From Opitutales bacterium (lineage in GTDB: Bacteria; Verrucomicrobiota; Verrucomicrobiia; Opitutales; UBA2987): a DNA stretch of 64,000 nt. A model generated the notes under the pieces. That model did no database searches, was not told the origin of the DNA, and saw only the letters and a program-made list of their open reading frames with translations. Where the stretch lies: assembly GCA_965226885.1 (NCBI GenBank), contig CBDDEL010000012.1:96001-160000 (forward strand), read 5' to 3'. Positions 62,545 through 64,000 of the stretch are shown here, one piece after another. Every line of letters begins with the position of its first letter. Position 1 is the stretch's first letter. A program made the translations under genes and the position numbers.

Positions 62545-64000
62545 GAGGCTGTCCCAAAAGGGTGATTTTTGCGAGGGCTTTTGATAGGCGCTCATTTTAG
62601 AGGTATTTGCATTTGGGAGAGTATCAACTTTGCTCTCCTATGACGTTAGGATACTGGTTTTGGGGTCCGGTTGCCTGGTTTTCTTTGTATGAGCCGACAG
62701 TAAGGCTGTGAAAAAGTATTGTCCTTGCTTTTCCGCTCTCTAGGCCGCCGCTTTGGTTTTTAGTTCGTCTTGCTGGGCCAGCATCTTGGCTACTTTCCAT
62801 AGGTTGTGCGAGAGTACCGACCAGGCTACGCTGATCGAGCGGTTGGCAAAGCCTTTGCTGCGCAACCGCCCGGCCTGCCAGCGATTCTTCAATACCCCGA
62901 TCCGCCCTTCGGTGCTGGCCCGGCGCTTTTGCAATTGCCTGAACAGTGGTTCCTCCATCCGTTTTTTCAACTGCTTCGGATCGCGTGGACAGAGCGCGTC
63001 GTAGATTCCCTCCTGGGCTAACTGCCGGCGGGCCCGCTGGGAGGCAAATCCCCGGTCCGCGCACATGGCCGCTATGGGTTCTTCCAGGTTGAAGCGGTTC
63101 TGTCTTTGCAAACTCTCTTGCATTTGTTCATTTTCGCTTGGAGTTCGGCTGCCGTAGAGTTTCCAGTCCAGCAGGTACCCTTCAACGCTTTCTCCCAAAA
63201 ACAGGGTGTTGCCGAACTCGACCTCTTGGCCCGCTTTACCTCGCACAATCACCTGCCCATCGAGTTCGTAAACACTCAAGACTTTCTCTGCGTTTTTCAC
63301 CTGGCGGCCGCCAATGATCCGCTCGTGCGCCTGTTTGATGACCACCGGGATTTGCTCGCTCATGCGCTCCATCCGGGCGAGGATCTGTTGGACCTGTTTT
63401 TCGCTGTAATCGCCTTGCTCCCAGCAGGCTTGCAATAATTCCCGTTGACTGCGGGCATGCTCCCCGATCCGTTTGAGCAGCTTTTTCATCTGCCTCAAGA
63501 TACCCTTGCGCTGCCGCGCGCTGTCCTTTCGCCGCCGGCTGTGGGTCATCTGTATGCACAGCCGATTCATCTGCCGAGCCAAGGGCTCCGGTTCGATCGG
63601 CATGCGATGGCGCAAACCGGCCTTCTCGCGGATCAGCCGGATCGCTTTGAGCAACGTGCCGGCTACATCCTTGAGTAATACCCAGTCCGTCGGCCAATGA
63701 ATGTTAGCCTCCAAACAGGTGCCGTCGATCAGGCAAATGGTGGTGTCAATCGGCTTGTCCAATCCCACCTGCCGGGCCAGAAGGGCATCGCCCACCACCT
63801 CGGTCAAGGTCCGGTGCAAGGCCCTCAACTGCTCTTCGCTGAAAAACTTCGAGGCCCGCTCCAGGGTGCTTTTGGAGATGCCCCTGATGCCATCGATCTG
63901 CCGGACACGGCAAAAGTCGGCCAACAGATCGCTGCTGCCCAGAGCCCGCGACAAATGCCGAAACGAAATCCCTCCGAGCAGACGGCCCAGCGTATCCATG
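62545..64000 (-). mobile_element. IS5-family-like element, copy 4 (runs off the window)
   Basis: Terminal repeat gaggctgtcccaaaa; transposase 62740 to beyond 64000 is near-identical to the other copies. Confidence 0.93.

Overview
Bacterial chromosomal window, by gene content probably Verrucomicrobiota/Opitutales-like (inference). The left half (1-29 kb) is mostly housekeeping and envelope genes: response regulators, oligopeptide ABC ATPases, an AONS/SPT-family PLP enzyme, two GT4 glycosyltransferases, rfbA, a class III cyclase-TPR sensor, a sirtuin, a sulfatase, a cysteine synthase family protein and tRNA-Ala(CGC). The right half (29-64 kb) is a glycan-catabolism region (BNR/sialidase-like proteins, sulfatase, sugar-binding protein, beta-helix protein) broken up by insertion sequences. 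The window holds about 18 IS copies or remnants of 8 types (IS1380 x2 types, IS3 x2 types, IS5, IS1, IS4, IS21), many nested. Most notable non-coding observations: (1) two Tn7-type transposon ends joined end to end with no spacer (ACA|TGT at 2053/2054), downstream of a histidine kinase gene and with no tns genes in the window; (2) a 160-bp hairpin-rich insert between 20-bp direct repeats inside an IS1380 transposase; (3) one sialidase-like gene that can be rebuilt across five nested IS; (4) a 7-repeat beta-propeller inserted inside a LamG domain; (5) many short exact tandem duplications. Several homopolymer frameshifts may be sequencing errors. Family names come from motif recognition, not database searches.
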